Shown: positions 20,204 to 30,570, counted from the first letter of the stretch. The stretch is DNA of 64,000 bases from an uncultured bacterium (GCA_963844965.1 CAWJQC010000004.1:1-64000); one strand, 5' to 3'. Made by a program: numbers and translations. The notes: a model not told the origin generated them from the letters alone.

Positions 20204-20692
20204 TTATTGCTGTTTATTTTTGTCCACCGCCACTTTTTCGTCCTTCTCCTCCGGCGGTTTCGCATTATTATTTTTTTCGCCCAGCTCACGGTAAATCGTG
20301 CCTAGGACACCGTTTATAAACCGCGCGGCGTTCGGCCCGCCGTAATTTTTAGCGATCTCAATCGCTTCGTTGATAGCCACCTTCGGCGGAACCTCATTCG
20401 GATCGGCGTACAAAAGTTCGTAAATGCCGATGCGCAAAATATTGCGGTCAATGATGGCTATCTTTGAAAGCGGCCATTCTGGTGCGGCTTTCGTGATGAC
20501 GTTGTCAATTTCTTTAATGTGTTCGGCAATGCCTTTCATTATCTTCCAGGCGAACTCCGGCTCGTCTATTCCAGGCGCGAATTCGGTGAGGTTTCTGTCC
20601 AGGATCGCCACCAAGTCCTTTTTCTGGTTATAAAAATCCCACTCGTAGAGGGATTGCAGTATTACCGTTCTTACAAGGTGCCGCGTGGCCAT
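20204..20692 (-). CDS. nusB: Transcription antitermination factor NusB
   Basis: 162 aa; NusB-like helical fold with [12 protein letters not shown]. Confidence 0.8.
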   Translation of the reverse strand: MATRHLVRTVILQSLYEWDFYNQKKDLVAILDRNLTEFAPGIDEPEFAWKIMKGIAEHIKEIDNVITKAAPEWPLSKIAIIDRNILRIGIYELLYADPNEVPPKVAINEAIEIAKNYGGPNAARFINGVLGTIYRELGEKNNNAKPPEEKDEKVAVDKNKQQ

Positions 20693-20743
20693 AATGAAAG
20701 TTTAAAGTTCAAAAATCAAAGTGCAGAATCGTAAAACCAAAGA

Positions 20744-20998
20744 TTACGAAACGTTTTCTTCATCTTCGTCTTTGTTGGATTCTCCGCCGTCCATTTCCTC
20801 CGCGGACAGCTCAATCTCCTCCTGCGGTTCAACGTCGTAACCGCTGCTTCCCCTTTTCGCCAGCGCCTCCTTTCCCGCAGCGGTGTCCATCCAAGCCCGC
20901 GCGTCTTCCTCCGAGGCAAATCCGCCTTTCACAACCTCACCGTCTGAATCCACAACCGCCCAAAGGCTTTCCTCTTGCGCCAGTATATCATCGTCCAT
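20744..20998 (-). CDS. Hypothetical acidic protein
   Basis: 84-aa ORF rich in D/E. Confidence 0.35.
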   Translation of the reverse strand: MDDDILAQEESLWAVVDSDGEVVKGGFASEEDARAWMDTAAGKEALAKRGSSGYDVEPQEEIELSAEEMDGGESNKDEDEENVS

Positions 20999-21050
20999 GG
21001 TAGTTGCTACTTATAAAGGTTCTACGTTGCTGTTTTCTGCTTTTTAATTC

Positions 21051-21203
21051 CTATTTTTTCCCGCACTGCCGGCAAACGCGGTGCGCCTCTTTGGGTCCGC
21101 CGCAACCCACGCAAACCAAAAGCCGCGTCCGCTTCAAAGCCAGATGCGACCGCCTGCGGCCGACCTTCCCGTGACTATGATGTTTTACCGGTACGCCGCC
21201 CAT
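21051..21203 (-). CDS. rpmF: 50S ribosomal protein L32 (not in the supplied ORF track)
   Basis: Translates to MGGVPVKHHSHGKVGRRRSHLALKRTRLLVCVGCGGPKEAHRVCRQCGKK: RRSHxAL motif plus a Cys4 zinc ribbon. Confidence 0.7.
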   Translation of the reverse strand: MGGVPVKHHSHGKVGRRRSHLALKRTRLLVCVGCGGPKEAHRVCRQCGKK

Positions 21204-21317
21204 TTGTTTCCATTTTATTGCACTATCCAAGAAACGTCAACCTGCGAAGGCAACTCCAATTATATCGTTGTATAAAACAAAAAAGCGGCGGAATTCGTGT
21301 CCTCGCCGCATGAACCC

Positions 21318-21345
21318 CCACACCTATGCATAGGTGTGGGGGTGA
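21318..21345. repeat. Perfect 28-bp palindrome cccccacacctatgcataggtgtggggg after gene 21348..21758
   Basis: Self-complementary; the cccccacacc motif recurs in the tRNA-Pro locus inverted repeats. Confidence 0.7.
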
Positions 21346-21347
21346 AA

Positions 21348-21758
21348 TTATCGCTTCCGCTTCTTCGGAAACCGCTGATTCTTTAACAGTTTTTCAGTAG
21401 GAAATACCACCAAATCGTCACCAATCATTCTCTCGCGAAGGTATTCTCCGCGCAGAAGCTCATCTATGTAATTAATATGCCCACCGGCTTGTGCCAGCTC
21501 GGATTTTTTGACACCCACGAAACAATCACAGTCGGTAACCTTCCCCAAAGCAAGAAGCAGAGCCGCAACAACTTCCAGTTCCGCTTTGCCCAAGCTACGA
21601 AGCCTCTGCTTACCATTGCACCGGCGAACATCATATACCACACCCAGTTTCTCCAACTCCTCATCGGAATAATACCCGCTGAAAAGCGTCTTGATTTCAA
21701 CCTTCCTGCCGCGCGCGTCGGTAAAGTTCGTAACATTACTCTTTCTTCTCGTCTCCAC
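21348..21758 (-). CDS. Hypothetical protein
   Basis: 136-aa ORF. Confidence 0.4.
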   Translation of the reverse strand: METRRKSNVTNFTDARGRKVEIKTLFSGYYSDEELEKLGVVYDVRRCNGKQRLRSLGKAELEVVAALLLALGKVTDCDCFVGVKKSELAQAGGHINYIDELLRGEYLRERMIGDDLVVFPTEKLLKNQRFPKKRKR

Positions 21759-21892
21759 AAGCTCCTCCTGTAACAGTTAGTATAATTGCTGCCCCCAGTA
21801 TAAAGGAATATTGCGGCAGATGTCAACCTACGACCTCCGTTTCATATGTATAACAACAAAAAGGCGGGCGCGAAGCACCCGCAGGAAAACCG

Positions 21893-22090
21893 CTAGAACT
21901 TTGGGAGGTTAATGGGCTTGGCGTCGCGCATGCACGACGCCTTGACCATTACGCCGGGGCCGTTGTCATCGAAAAGTTCGCGCTCCGCGGGACAGCTTAT
22001 AGTCCCCGCGTTCGCGGCTTTGGTTTCAGAATCAAATTCCTTAATGAACAGATGGCCATTGGAACATCTGTACACACGCTCTGTCTTCAT
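21893..22090 (-). CDS. Small zinc-ribbon protein
   Basis: 65 aa; CxxGH...C...CP cysteine pairs. Confidence 0.4.
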   Translation of the reverse strand: MKTERVYRCSNGHLFIKEFDSETKAANAGTISCPAERELFDDNGPGVMVKASCMRDAKPINLPKF

Positions 22091-22139
22091 GTGGCCTCCT
22101 CGGGCTGTGAATTGCCGAATTAAAGATATGGCCTATCTG

Positions 22140-22943
22140 CTACAAAGTCAAGTGCTCGCAGAATGTCCGCCTGTGAACCGGGGAAATCCCCAATCGTCTT
22201 ATCGCTCTCCGGTGAGCACTCGTTCCGTACCCCTTGTGGACCTCAAAACCATACCGCGGATATTTTTTCGCCAGGCGGACCATCGCGCGGTCGCGCGAGA
22301 CCTTGGCAACTATGGAAGCCGCGGCGACCGCCTTTATTTTTTCGTCGCCCCGCACGACCGTGCGCGCTGATAAACGCAGATTTCTACGCGGATGTACGCG
22401 GATGTTCACGAAGCCATCGTTGTCGTTTTTCATATTACCCAGGTAAAGTCCGCCGTCCAAACAAACGCGACAAGCGACAAGCGACAAGTGACAAGTTACT
22501 ATGAGCCGACGGAATGCTCGCAATGCCGCCAAATTAGCGGCGCGCGAGATGTTCATCTTTTCTATTTGCCGTGGATAAACCCACGCGACCTCATAGGCAA
22601 CTGCCGGATGCTTTCTGAAATATTCAAACCACCTCTCCCGCTGTCTCGGGGTTAACCTCTTAGAATCCCGAATTTTTGTTTGAAAATTAGAAATTGCTTG
22701 CCCCGTACCGACCTGCCTGGCAGGCAGGGCTTTGCTCTGGTACGGGGAAAATTGAAAATTCCGTGGCGCCGCCACGGCCGCGACAACTACCGGTCCAGCC
22801 AAAGAACCCCGCCCCACCTCGTCAATACCAATTACAAATCGAGTGGGCGAGGCTCCCGGCCTCGTCCTCGACTGGATGAGTCGAGGCAGGCGCCTCTTGG
22901 CGGCGCGACCGACTTCGTCTATGCCGATGATATAATGCATCAA
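22140..22943 (-). CDS. rnhB: Ribonuclease HII with an in-frame N-terminal insertion/duplication
   Basis: IIGIDEVGRA...(30 aa)...VIGIDEVGRGSLAGPVVVAAV duplicated catalytic motif; a P1 palindrome lies in frame at 22712-22728. Confidence 0.8.
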   Translation of the reverse strand: MMHYIIGIDEVGRAAKRRLPRLIQSRTRPGASPTRFVIGIDEVGRGSLAGPVVVAAVAAPRNFQFSPYQSKALPARQVGTGQAISNFQTKIRDSKRLTPRQRERWFEYFRKHPAVAYEVAWVYPRQIEKMNISRAANLAALRAFRRLIVTCHLSLVACRVCLDGGLYLGNMKNDNDGFVNIRVHPRRNLRLSARTVVRGDEKIKAVAAASIVAKVSRDRAMVRLAKKYPRYGFEVHKGYGTSAHRRAIRRLGISPVHRRTFCEHLTL

Positions 22944-23004
22944 TTAATTTTAGCCACACCTTGCGGAAAAACAAAATGGGCTGCTCGAACAGCCCACTAA
23001 AGTT

Positions 23005-23403
23005 TCAGTCAAAAAATCCCAGTTCTAACGCTTGAACGAGTTTTTCAAGTTCCGCCGGCTGCGCTTTGTGGTCGTCGTGAAGAATTTCGCGACACAGATC
23101 AAGGGCTGGTTCGGAAAGATCCAGCGGCTCCTCTGTCGCAAGCCCAAAAAGAATGAAGTGGCCGATAAAACTTTCTATGTCGTCGGACGTATATCCGCCG
23201 ATTCCCCAATCAATGGAGAAATCTTTTGTATCAAGGTCGATCTTCCCTTTGAGTTCAATGACTTTATCGGTCATCGCGTAAATCTCGCGATCCGACTCCG
23301 GGCAACTCTCGCGAAATTTTATGCTGTCCTGATTTTTCACGAACCAGAGAACAACCGCAGCACAAATGGAACGTTTCGGCACCGTAAGTTTTTCCATACC
23401 CAC
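23005..23403 (-). CDS. Hypothetical protein
   Basis: 132-aa ORF. Confidence 0.4.
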   Translation of the reverse strand: MGMEKLTVPKRSICAAVVLWFVKNQDSIKFRESCPESDREIYAMTDKVIELKGKIDLDTKDFSIDWGIGGYTSDDIESFIGHFILFGLATEEPLDLSEPALDLCREILHDDHKAQPAELEKLVQALELGFFD

Positions 23404-23460
23404 TCCTTTTCGTAAATGAAAATACCGATTTCAGAATAAGCCCACTCAAACGCAAAGTCA

Positions 23461-24622
23461 ATGTTTGTATGCTTGCGGAATTTTCCGGTACCTGCTATAA
23501 GATTCTTAATGAAAAAATCATTGTTTGGGATTATACTTGGGTGTTTACTTGTTTTCGCGCCGGAGTATTTGGTGAGCGCGACTTATCACTTTTCAAATTA
23601 CCAGGGCAAGCCGCCGCTGCACATTTACCGCTACGCAGAGAAAGCGCCTTCGGGCGTCACGCCGAGCGAAATAAAAGCAGTTTACAATCTGCCGAGCCGG
23701 GGCGGGCATGGAACAATCGCGCTAATCGGCGCCTACGACGACCCGACAATAGAGAAAGATTCTGAATACTTTCAGTAGCGCCTTCGGCCTGCCAACGTGT
23801 ACGACAAAGAATGGCTGTTTTGAAAAACATAAGATGGTGTCGTCGGTCGCGGCTAATTCCGGCTGGTCCCTAGAAACATCGCTTGATGTGGAATGGACTC
23901 ACGCCATCGCGCCGGACGCGAAAATTCTTTTAGTGGAAGCGAAAACTCCGAGCGGCGCGAATTTATTGAAAGCGGTTGATTATGCCGCGTCGCGTGCCAA
24001 TGTCGTTTCCATCTCCATGAGCTGGGGCGGCGCGGAATTCCCGGAAGAAACAGGCATGGACAGCCACTTTACGAGCAAAGCCAGCGCGGTTTTCTTCGCG
24101 TCTTCCGGCGACGACGGCTGGGGCGCGAGCTGGCCCGCTTCCTCGCCCAATGTTGTTGGCGTCGGCGGCACAACTCTCAATCTTTCCGCTACTGGGAAAT
24201 TGGTTTCCGAGACCGCGTGGTCGGGAAGCGGCGGCGGAGTGAGTTCCTACGAATCCCAGCCCAATTACCAGAAATCCTACGATATTCCCAAAGCGAACGG
24301 AAAGCGCGCGATACCGGATGTTTCTTACGACGCCGACCCGCAATCGGGATTTCCAGTTTACCGCACGACGGGCTCCTCAAAGAACGGCTGGTTCACTTTG
24401 GGCGGCACGAGCGCCGGCTCCCCGCAGTGGGCGGCAATCCACTCGCTCGGCCTTTCCGTTTCGCTCCAGAAACTTTACGACGACAAATCGTCCGCCGACA
24501 ACGCGAAATATCTCCGCGACATCGTAAGCGGCGCGAACGGCACGTGCAAATATTATTGCGAAGCGAGAAAGAGATACGACTATGTCACCGGCCTCGGCAG
24601 TCCGCAGACGACTAAGTTCTAA
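23461..24622 (+). CDS. Secreted S8/S53 (sedolisin/kumamolisin-like) serine peptidase; +1 frame shift near 23750
   Basis: Signal peptide; ...IEKD|NTFSSAFGLPTCTT continues in the next frame (extra t in gattctg); C-terminal GTSAGSPQWAA catalytic Ser motif. Confidence 0.7.
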
Positions 24623-24660
24623 CTTAACAGGAGTGGACGATCTTCGAACGATGCTATCCC

Positions 24661-24993
24661 GTGAATCAATCTTGGGATAACAAGGCCTTGACTCAAGCTG
24701 GTCCCAGCGATAAGGTGTATGCAGATACTGTTAATATTTTTTTGAAGAAGGAGCGCACAATGGCGGGAACGAAGGATGATTCACCGGTAATGGTCCGCAC
24801 AGATGAAGGCTATAAACCAGTGACGGTCGAAATGGTTCGCAGGGCCGTTGAGGAATACGACAAGCACGAGAACGACCCTTATGCATATTACCAAGAAGAA
24901 ATTGACGCCGTCCGAAACCTGCGTCTCAATGCCCGAGAGTTTATCGGCTTCTTACTGAAACAGCTGGACGAAGGCGTGACTCCCCAAAAGTAA
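24661..24993 (+). CDS. Hypothetical protein
   Basis: 110-aa ORF followed by intrinsic terminator ggccctgtgtatgcgggcc-T run (25008-25045). Confidence 0.4.
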   Translation: MNQSWDNKALTQAGPSDKVYADTVNIFLKKERTMAGTKDDSPVMVRTDEGYKPVTVEMVRRAVEEYDKHENDPYAYYQEEIDAVRNLRLNAREFIGFLLKQLDEGVTPQK

Positions 24994-25099
24994 CTAACCG
25001 AAGCAAGCAAGGCCCTGTGTATGCGGGCCTCTTTTATTTCGTTTTTGTGCGGGGTATTGGACCAGGTTCGAACCTATTTTAAGTCCATAGTTTGACAGG

Positions 25100-25273
25100 G
25101 TCGGTCATTATTTCAACTTCTTTGCGTAATACCAGTTGTGCACACGCGCGGCGACATATCCAATCCAGATACCGCAGATAACTGAGAAAATATCGTGGAA
25201 TGTGGCGGCGGAGGCAAGGAAGTAACCGACAGCCAATATAACAAGGGTTACGGCGATAGTCCCAATATAATAT
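25100..25273 (-). CDS. Small hydrophobic protein (57 aa, one or two TM)
   Basis: MKKYYIGTIAVTLVILAVGYFLASAATFHDIFSVICGIWIGYVAARVHNWYYAKKLK; not in the ORF track. Confidence 0.3.
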
Positions 25274-25369
25274 TTTTTCATATTTTGTATTTAGGTCTTT
25301 ATGGCCCTTAGAATCAAATCAAATTTGAAACTATTTCGTGCGGAAAATACGTTTTATAGATGCCCTAGG

Positions 25370-25522
25370 AATCTCGAGTAGAATGCTATAAATATTAGGA
25401 CAATTCCCACATTCACAGCTAGCCGTTCCCAAAAGAGGTTCCTGAAGAATAGGATATCCACGCCGATTATGATGGCTACCATCAGCACAACGAAGACCGC
25501 TGCGACATATGAGGAGTTCATG
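25370..25522 (-). CDS. Small hydrophobic protein (about 50 aa)
   Basis: MNSSYVAAVFVVLMVAIIIGVDILFFRNLFWERLAVNVGIVLIFIAFYSRFLGHL; not in the ORF track. Confidence 0.3.
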
Positions 25523-25607
25523 ACTTAATTATACTCCTATTTAAATAGATTCGCTCTAAGGTTCGAACCTATTTTACCCAATTAAAATCTATACTTTTTG
25601 TCTTTGT

Positions 25608-25688
25608 GCGCGGGAGAGGAGTCGAACCTCCATGCCTTGCGGCGCTACCACCTCAAGGTAGTGCGTCTGCCAATTTCGCCACCCGCGC
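25608..25688 (-). tRNA. tRNA-Leu (anticodon GAG), long variable arm
   Basis: Acceptor gcgcggg/cccgcgc, D arm gcg-aaattggcaga-cgc, anticodon ctacc-ttgaggt-ggtag, T arm ggagg-ttcgact-cctct. Confidence 0.75.
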
Positions 25689-25829
25689 AGATACTAACAA
25701 TTATCCTAAATTTATAAAAAAATGCAACAAACAAATCTGTAATCCGTCGCATGCGTTTTTGACTTTATAGGCCGATATTTATAAAATTACATCAGCCATC
25801 CACCATGGACGTTTGAAGGATGCCAAAAC

Positions 25830-26468
25830 ATGAACAAGAAAAATGAAATCCGGGGAATCGTGTTTGATCTTGGCGGTGTTTTGGTCCGGAGCTTCGAGTT
25901 TAATTTCTATAAAGTCGCCGGACGAAAAATTGGGCTGTCTCCTTCTACAATTGCAAAGATAGCGGAAAGCGAATGGGCAACGCTTGAGGTGGGAAAAGAA
26001 ACAAACAGCGAGCTGTGGCATCGGATCGCAAAAAAGCTTGGGAATCCAGGCCTCGGCAACGTACTGGCCTCGTTGTGGCTCAGACACTATAAACGCGATG
26101 CGAAGATCAAAAAAGCAGTCCTCGAAATAGTGAAGCGTCTACACCATAAGTACAAAATGGGCGTGATCTCAAACACACAAAGAGAGCACAGTATTGTCGA
26201 CAGGAAAAGGGGGCTTTTTAAACATTTCGATGTCGTACTCCTCTCGAACGAAATCGGCTTAAGAAAACCGCAGCATGAAATTTTCGCGCTCGCATCTGAG
26301 AAGTTGCGGGTTCCGCCTCAAAATCTGCTTTTTATCGATGACGATAGCCGATGGACGACGACCGCAAAACGATACGGGTGGAAGGCTTTGCGATTCATTT
26401 CCGCCCGCCAACTCAAAAAATCGCTCAAACGACTGGGAATCCGAACGAATCGTCGGTCGAAATCCTAA
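25830..26468 (+). CDS. HAD-superfamily hydrolase (subfamily IA-like)
   Basis: IRGIVFDLGGVLV motif I with downstream HAD motifs. Confidence 0.8.
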   Translation: MNKKNEIRGIVFDLGGVLVRSFEFNFYKVAGRKIGLSPSTIAKIAESEWATLEVGKETNSELWHRIAKKLGNPGLGNVLASLWLRHYKRDAKIKKAVLEIVKRLHHKYKMGVISNTQREHSIVDRKRGLFKHFDVVLLSNEIGLRKPQHEIFALASEKLRVPPQNLLFIDDDSRWTTTAKRYGWKALRFISARQLKKSLKRLGIRTNRRSKS

Positions 26469-26576
26469 TCCTGAAAACTAATGGCGCTTCCAACAGAGCG
26501 CCGTTTTTATTTGCAATTTAAAAATTATAATTATAAGTGAGCTTTTCACTGGCTTTGCGCCTGCCTACCGACAGGC

Positions 26577-26601
26577 AGGTCTGCCAATTTCGCCACCCGC
26601 G
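26577..26601 (-). repeat. Duplicated 5' end of tRNA-Leu (gcgcgggtggcgaaattggcagac) fused to a P1 palindrome (cctgcctaccgacaggcagg, 26560-26579); no T arm, so a tRNA fragment
   Basis: 25/25-nt identity with 25664-25688. Confidence 0.75.
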
Positions 26602-26701
26602 CGGGCACAGATAGAATTATAAACAAATTTCTCGTCATTTTCAAACCACCGAAGCTCATCGGGACTTTATTTGCTTACGCAAAGTATGCTAACATGTAGT
26701 C

Positions 26702-28145
26702 ATGTCCCCGAAGAAATTCTCCAGAACTAAAATAATAATCATTGTAGTTGTCGTCGCGCTCGCGGCCTGGCTCATTTATAAAATCGCAAATCCTAAACCG
26801 CCGGCAGTGAACGAGGTCACGGCAACGCGCGGAAACATAACGCAGAATCGTAAGCGTCACGGGAAACGTGGAACCGGCCGAAAACGTTGATCTCGCTTTT
26901 GAAAAATCCGGCACGGTAACCGGCGTCTACACGGATGTCGGCGAAATCGTGTCCGCCAGCCAGAAATTGGCCGAACTTGACACGTCGGAGCTCGCGGCGA
27001 GTCTGGCCAAAGCGCAAGCGGATGTGGCAACGCAACAGTCGGACCTGAACAAAACCGAGGTCATCCTCGCCAATTATTATGCTAGCGCTCCCGACATCCT
27101 GAACGATGCCTACACAAAAAGCAACGATGCGGTTAAAACACAGATTGACCCGATGTTCACAGACACGGACATAAATAATCCGCAGCTGACTTTTTCGGTT
27201 CTCAATTCGCAGGAAGTGACCGACGCCCAATCCCAGCGCCTGCAAATGAACAATATCCTGAGCGATCTCTTGACCGAAATAAATCAGCTGATTCCGAGCT
27301 CGTCAAGCATGGTTGAAGCGACGCTCGCCGACACCCAGTCAAAACTTACGACAACTCGCACTTTCCTTGACTTGCTCGCGAAGGTAGTTGACGACTCAAA
27401 CAATCTTACCGCTTCCACCGCGAGCACCTACAAGACGTCGCTTACCACGGCGCGAAACGAAGTAAACACGGCGCTCACCAACATCAATGACGAGGAACAG
27501 AACGTCGCCGTGGAGAAAGCGACCGCCTCCTCGGACCAGGCCGCGATAGAAAGTTCGCAAGCGGACATACAAAACATACAGGCGCAGATAAGCAAGGCCA
27601 CCCTCTACTCCCCGATTGACGGCACGGTAACGCGCGAAGACGCCAAAGTCGGCGAGATCGCGCCCGCCAACACGACGTTAATTTCGGTGATTACCGCTTC
27701 CAACCTAGAGGTTGACGCGGACATTCCCGAAGCCGACATCGCAAAAGTCAAAATCGGCAATCCCGCGGCGATAACGCTTGACGCCTACGGCAGCGATGTC
27801 GTCTTTGACGCCAAAGTCATCTCCATTGACCCGGCAGAAACGATGATTGAGGGCGTCGCAACATACAAAACCAAATTTCAGTTCGTTAAAAATGACAGTC
27901 GTCCCAAATCCGGCATGACCGCGAACATTGACGTCATGACTGACAAGCACGAGAACGTGGTCCTAATTCCCCAGCGGGCTGTGACAGCTCAAACCGACGG
28001 CAAATACGTGCTCGTGGATAATGGCAATCCGCAAAAACCGGAAGAACGTCTGGTGCAGACCGGACTCCGCGGCACCGACGGGAATGTGGAAATCACGGAC
28101 GGGCTCAGAGAAGGAGAAAAGGTGATAATTCCGACGCTGGAATAG
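26702..28145 (+). CDS. Efflux-pump periplasmic adaptor (HlyD/MacA family), frame-shifted near 26850
   Basis: N-terminal TM then ...VTATRGNITQN|(frame change)...GNVEPAENVDLAFEKSGTVTGV, a typical MacA lead-in; coiled-coil and beta-barrel regions. Confidence 0.7.
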
Positions 28146-28222
28146 GAGTATAACTTAGCAAAAGCGCAAAGCGCGTAGCGCAAATCGATCAGCGCTCCGC
28201 GATTAGCGATTCGCGACGCATT

Positions 28223-28939
28223 GTGCCTCTAATCGAAGTCCAAAATCTTGAAAAGACCTACGATAGCGACGGCGTCCAGACGCCCGCCTTGCGCGGCGTT
28301 TCTTTTTCCATGGAAAGCGGCGAATTTCTCGCCATCATGGGCCCGTCCGGTTCCGGCAAGTCCACGCTTCTCCACGTCCTTGGATTTTTGGACAGAAACA
28401 GCGGCGGCGCGTATCGCTTTGACGGCAAAGCGATGGACGACTACACCGACGACGAACTCGCGCACGTACGCAATAAAAAAATGGGATTTGTTTTTCAGTC
28501 CTTCAATCTCCTGCCGCGGGCATCGGTCCTGGAAAACGTGAAGCTTCCTCTGTATTATTCCGGCATAAAAGAATCGTTCTGGGACGAAATGGCCAGGAAA
28601 GCGGTTGATGAGGTCGGGCTCTCGCACCGCGCAAACTACGAAACCGCGCGGCTCTCGGGCGGCGAGAAACAACGCGTGGCAATAGCGCGGGCGCTCGTGA
28701 ACCACCCTCAGGTGATTTTCGCCGATGAACCGACGGGAAATCTGGACTCAAAATCCGGTGGCGTCATCATGGAAATCCTGCAAAAACTCAACGACGAGGA
28801 TGGCCATACGATAGTGCTCATCACGCACGAAACCTACACAGCCGAACACGCTAAACGAATAATTCATCTCTTGGACGGCAAAATAGACAGCGATAAAACT
28901 GTCGCGCACCGCCTCTCCAGCGACAGCTTTATCAAATAA
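28223..28939 (+). CDS. ABC transporter ATP-binding protein (MacB/LolD type)
   Basis: Walker A GPSGSGKST, signature LSGGEKQRVAIARA, Walker B IFADEPTGNLD. Confidence 0.9.
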   Translation: MPLIEVQNLEKTYDSDGVQTPALRGVSFSMESGEFLAIMGPSGSGKSTLLHVLGFLDRNSGGAYRFDGKAMDDYTDDELAHVRNKKMGFVFQSFNLLPRASVLENVKLPLYYSGIKESFWDEMARKAVDEVGLSHRANYETARLSGGEKQRVAIARALVNHPQVIFADEPTGNLDSKSGGVIMEILQKLNDEDGHTIVLITHETYTAEHAKRIIHLLDGKIDSDKTVAHRLSSDSFIK

Positions 28940-28941
28940 TC

Positions 28942-30180
28942 ATGACACTAAAATACAGTTTCAAAACTGCGGCCACGGGACTCAAAACCCACATGTCCCG
29001 CTCGCTTCTCACAATATTGGGAATTGTCATCGGCATCGCCGCCATAATTCTCGTCGTCTCGCTCGGACAAGGCGCGCAAAATTTGATTTTGAGCCAGGTG
29101 CAAAGCATCGGCTCAAAGACAATCGCCGTCGTACCCGGCAGACAACCGAAGGGACCGACGGACATAGCGGCGTCGCTCACCAGCTCCCTGAAAGAACAGG
29201 ATGTAACCGCGCTCCTGAACAAAAACAATGTGCCGCACCTTGCGAAACTTATGCCGGTTATTTTCGGAAGCACTGTTGCGATTTACGGTTCAAATTCTTA
29301 CAGACCGACGATTTTCGGAGTGACGGATTATTTCGCGGAGATTTATAATTCGTATCCAGCCGAAGGACGCATCTTTGACGAAGACGACATCAAAAGCTAC
29401 GCAAGCGTGGTGGTCATAGGCTCGAAGGTCAAAGACGAACTTTTCGGCAACGACGAAGCCCTGAACCAGAAAATAAAGCTGAACGGCAGAAATTTTACGG
29501 TCATCGGAATTCTGTCGAGCAAGGGCCAGTCGTCGTTCGTTGACTTCGACGAGGCCGCCATTGTCCCCTACACCACCGCGCAGGAATATATTTTCGGCAT
29601 CAAATACTACAACCGCCTCGTTGTTGAAGCAGACAGCGAAGCCAACGTGGCGCAAACCGTTCAGGACATAACAACGACTCTCCGCAATTTACACAATATA
29701 ACCGACCCGTCAAAAGACGATTTCTACATAGAAACGCAGGCGAGCGCCATGCAAATGGTGAGCACCATCACGAATGTTCTCACGCTCTTCCTTGCCGCCA
29801 TTGCCGCGATATCTCTCATTGTCGGCGGCATCGGCATCATGAACATCATGCTCGTTTCTGTAACGGAACGAACCCGCGAGATCGGCCTCCGTAAAGCCGT
29901 CGGCGCGACCGAAAGAGATATACTTTCCCAATTCCTTCTTGAAGCCACGATTTTAACGGCAACGGGCGGCGTAGTGGGCATCACCATCGGCGCCGGATTT
30001 TCTTTTCTCATCGCTCTCCTCTTGAGTAAATTTTACGCGCTCGCGTGGATATTCAGCTTCCCGGTAAATGCCGCTCTTCTGGGATTGGGCGTAGCCGCCG
30101 CCGTCGGTCTTGTTTTCGGAATTTATCCGGCGTGGAGAGCTTCGCGCTTGAGTCCGACGGAAGCGCTACGTTACGAATAA
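28942..30180 (+). CDS. ABC transporter permease (FtsX/MacB family)
   Basis: 412 aa; N-terminal TM, periplasmic domain, then three C-terminal TM helices. Confidence 0.85.
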   Translation: MTLKYSFKTAATGLKTHMSRSLLTILGIVIGIAAIILVVSLGQGAQNLILSQVQSIGSKTIAVVPGRQPKGPTDIAASLTSSLKEQDVTALLNKNNVPHLAKLMPVIFGSTVAIYGSNSYRPTIFGVTDYFAEIYNSYPAEGRIFDEDDIKSYASVVVIGSKVKDELFGNDEALNQKIKLNGRNFTVIGILSSKGQSSFVDFDEAAIVPYTTAQEYIFGIKYYNRLVVEADSEANVAQTVQDITTTLRNLHNITDPSKDDFYIETQASAMQMVSTITNVLTLFLAAIAAISLIVGGIGIMNIMLVSVTERTREIGLRKAVGATERDILSQFLLEATILTATGGVVGITIGAGFSFLIALLLSKFYALAWIFSFPVNAALLGLGVAAAVGLVFGIYPAWRASRLSPTEALRYE

Positions 30181-30216
30181 AAAGCGATTGATTTGCCCGG
30201 ATTTTTGGAGCTTGAC

Positions 30217-30245
30217 AAATCTTACCAATTTGCTATAATATACAC
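30217..30245 (+). promoter_or_regulatory. Near-consensus sigma70 promoter TTGACA-16-TATAAT
   Basis: cttgacaaatcttaccaatttgctataat. Confidence 0.5.
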
Positions 30246-30283
30246 AGTAAAAGTGGGGCACATCCGGGCGGAGGTTGAAGGTT

Positions 30284-30439
30284 ATATGAGTTTAATATCC
30301 AGAGTTTACAGTTCCACTTTCGGCTATTCCGAAAAGAAGCGGCGACGGTTAAAAGAAAAAAACCGCCAGAGGAAGCGTCGGGGACAGAAACCACTCAAAG
30401 AGCCGAAGCCTCAAATAGTAAAAATCGGCCGTTTTCTTT
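30284..30439 (+). CDS. Small highly basic protein (51 aa; MSLISRVYSSTFGYSEKKRRRLKEKNRQRKRRGQKPLKEPKPQIVKIGRFLS), followed by terminator at 30470-30500
   Basis: RBS ggaggttgaaggttatATG; hairpin cggctcggctattagccgagc plus T run downstream; ORF 30193..30444 in the track spans the promoter and is probably spurious. Confidence 0.35.
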
Positions 30440-30570
30440 CCTGACTTTCACGCAAGCAGAACACTACCGGCTCGGCTATTAGCCGAGCTTTCTTTTTCTC
30501 CAAAAACCTGCCTACCGGCCCGCTTCGCCATAGCTTTAACGAGGCGAGCAGGCAGGTTTGGGCGGGTAAC

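Noticed and set aside
30193-30444. Track ORF 30193..30444 (83 aa)
   Set aside because: Its first third spans a consensus sigma70 promoter; a shorter ORF starting at 30284 with a proper SD is the plausible gene.
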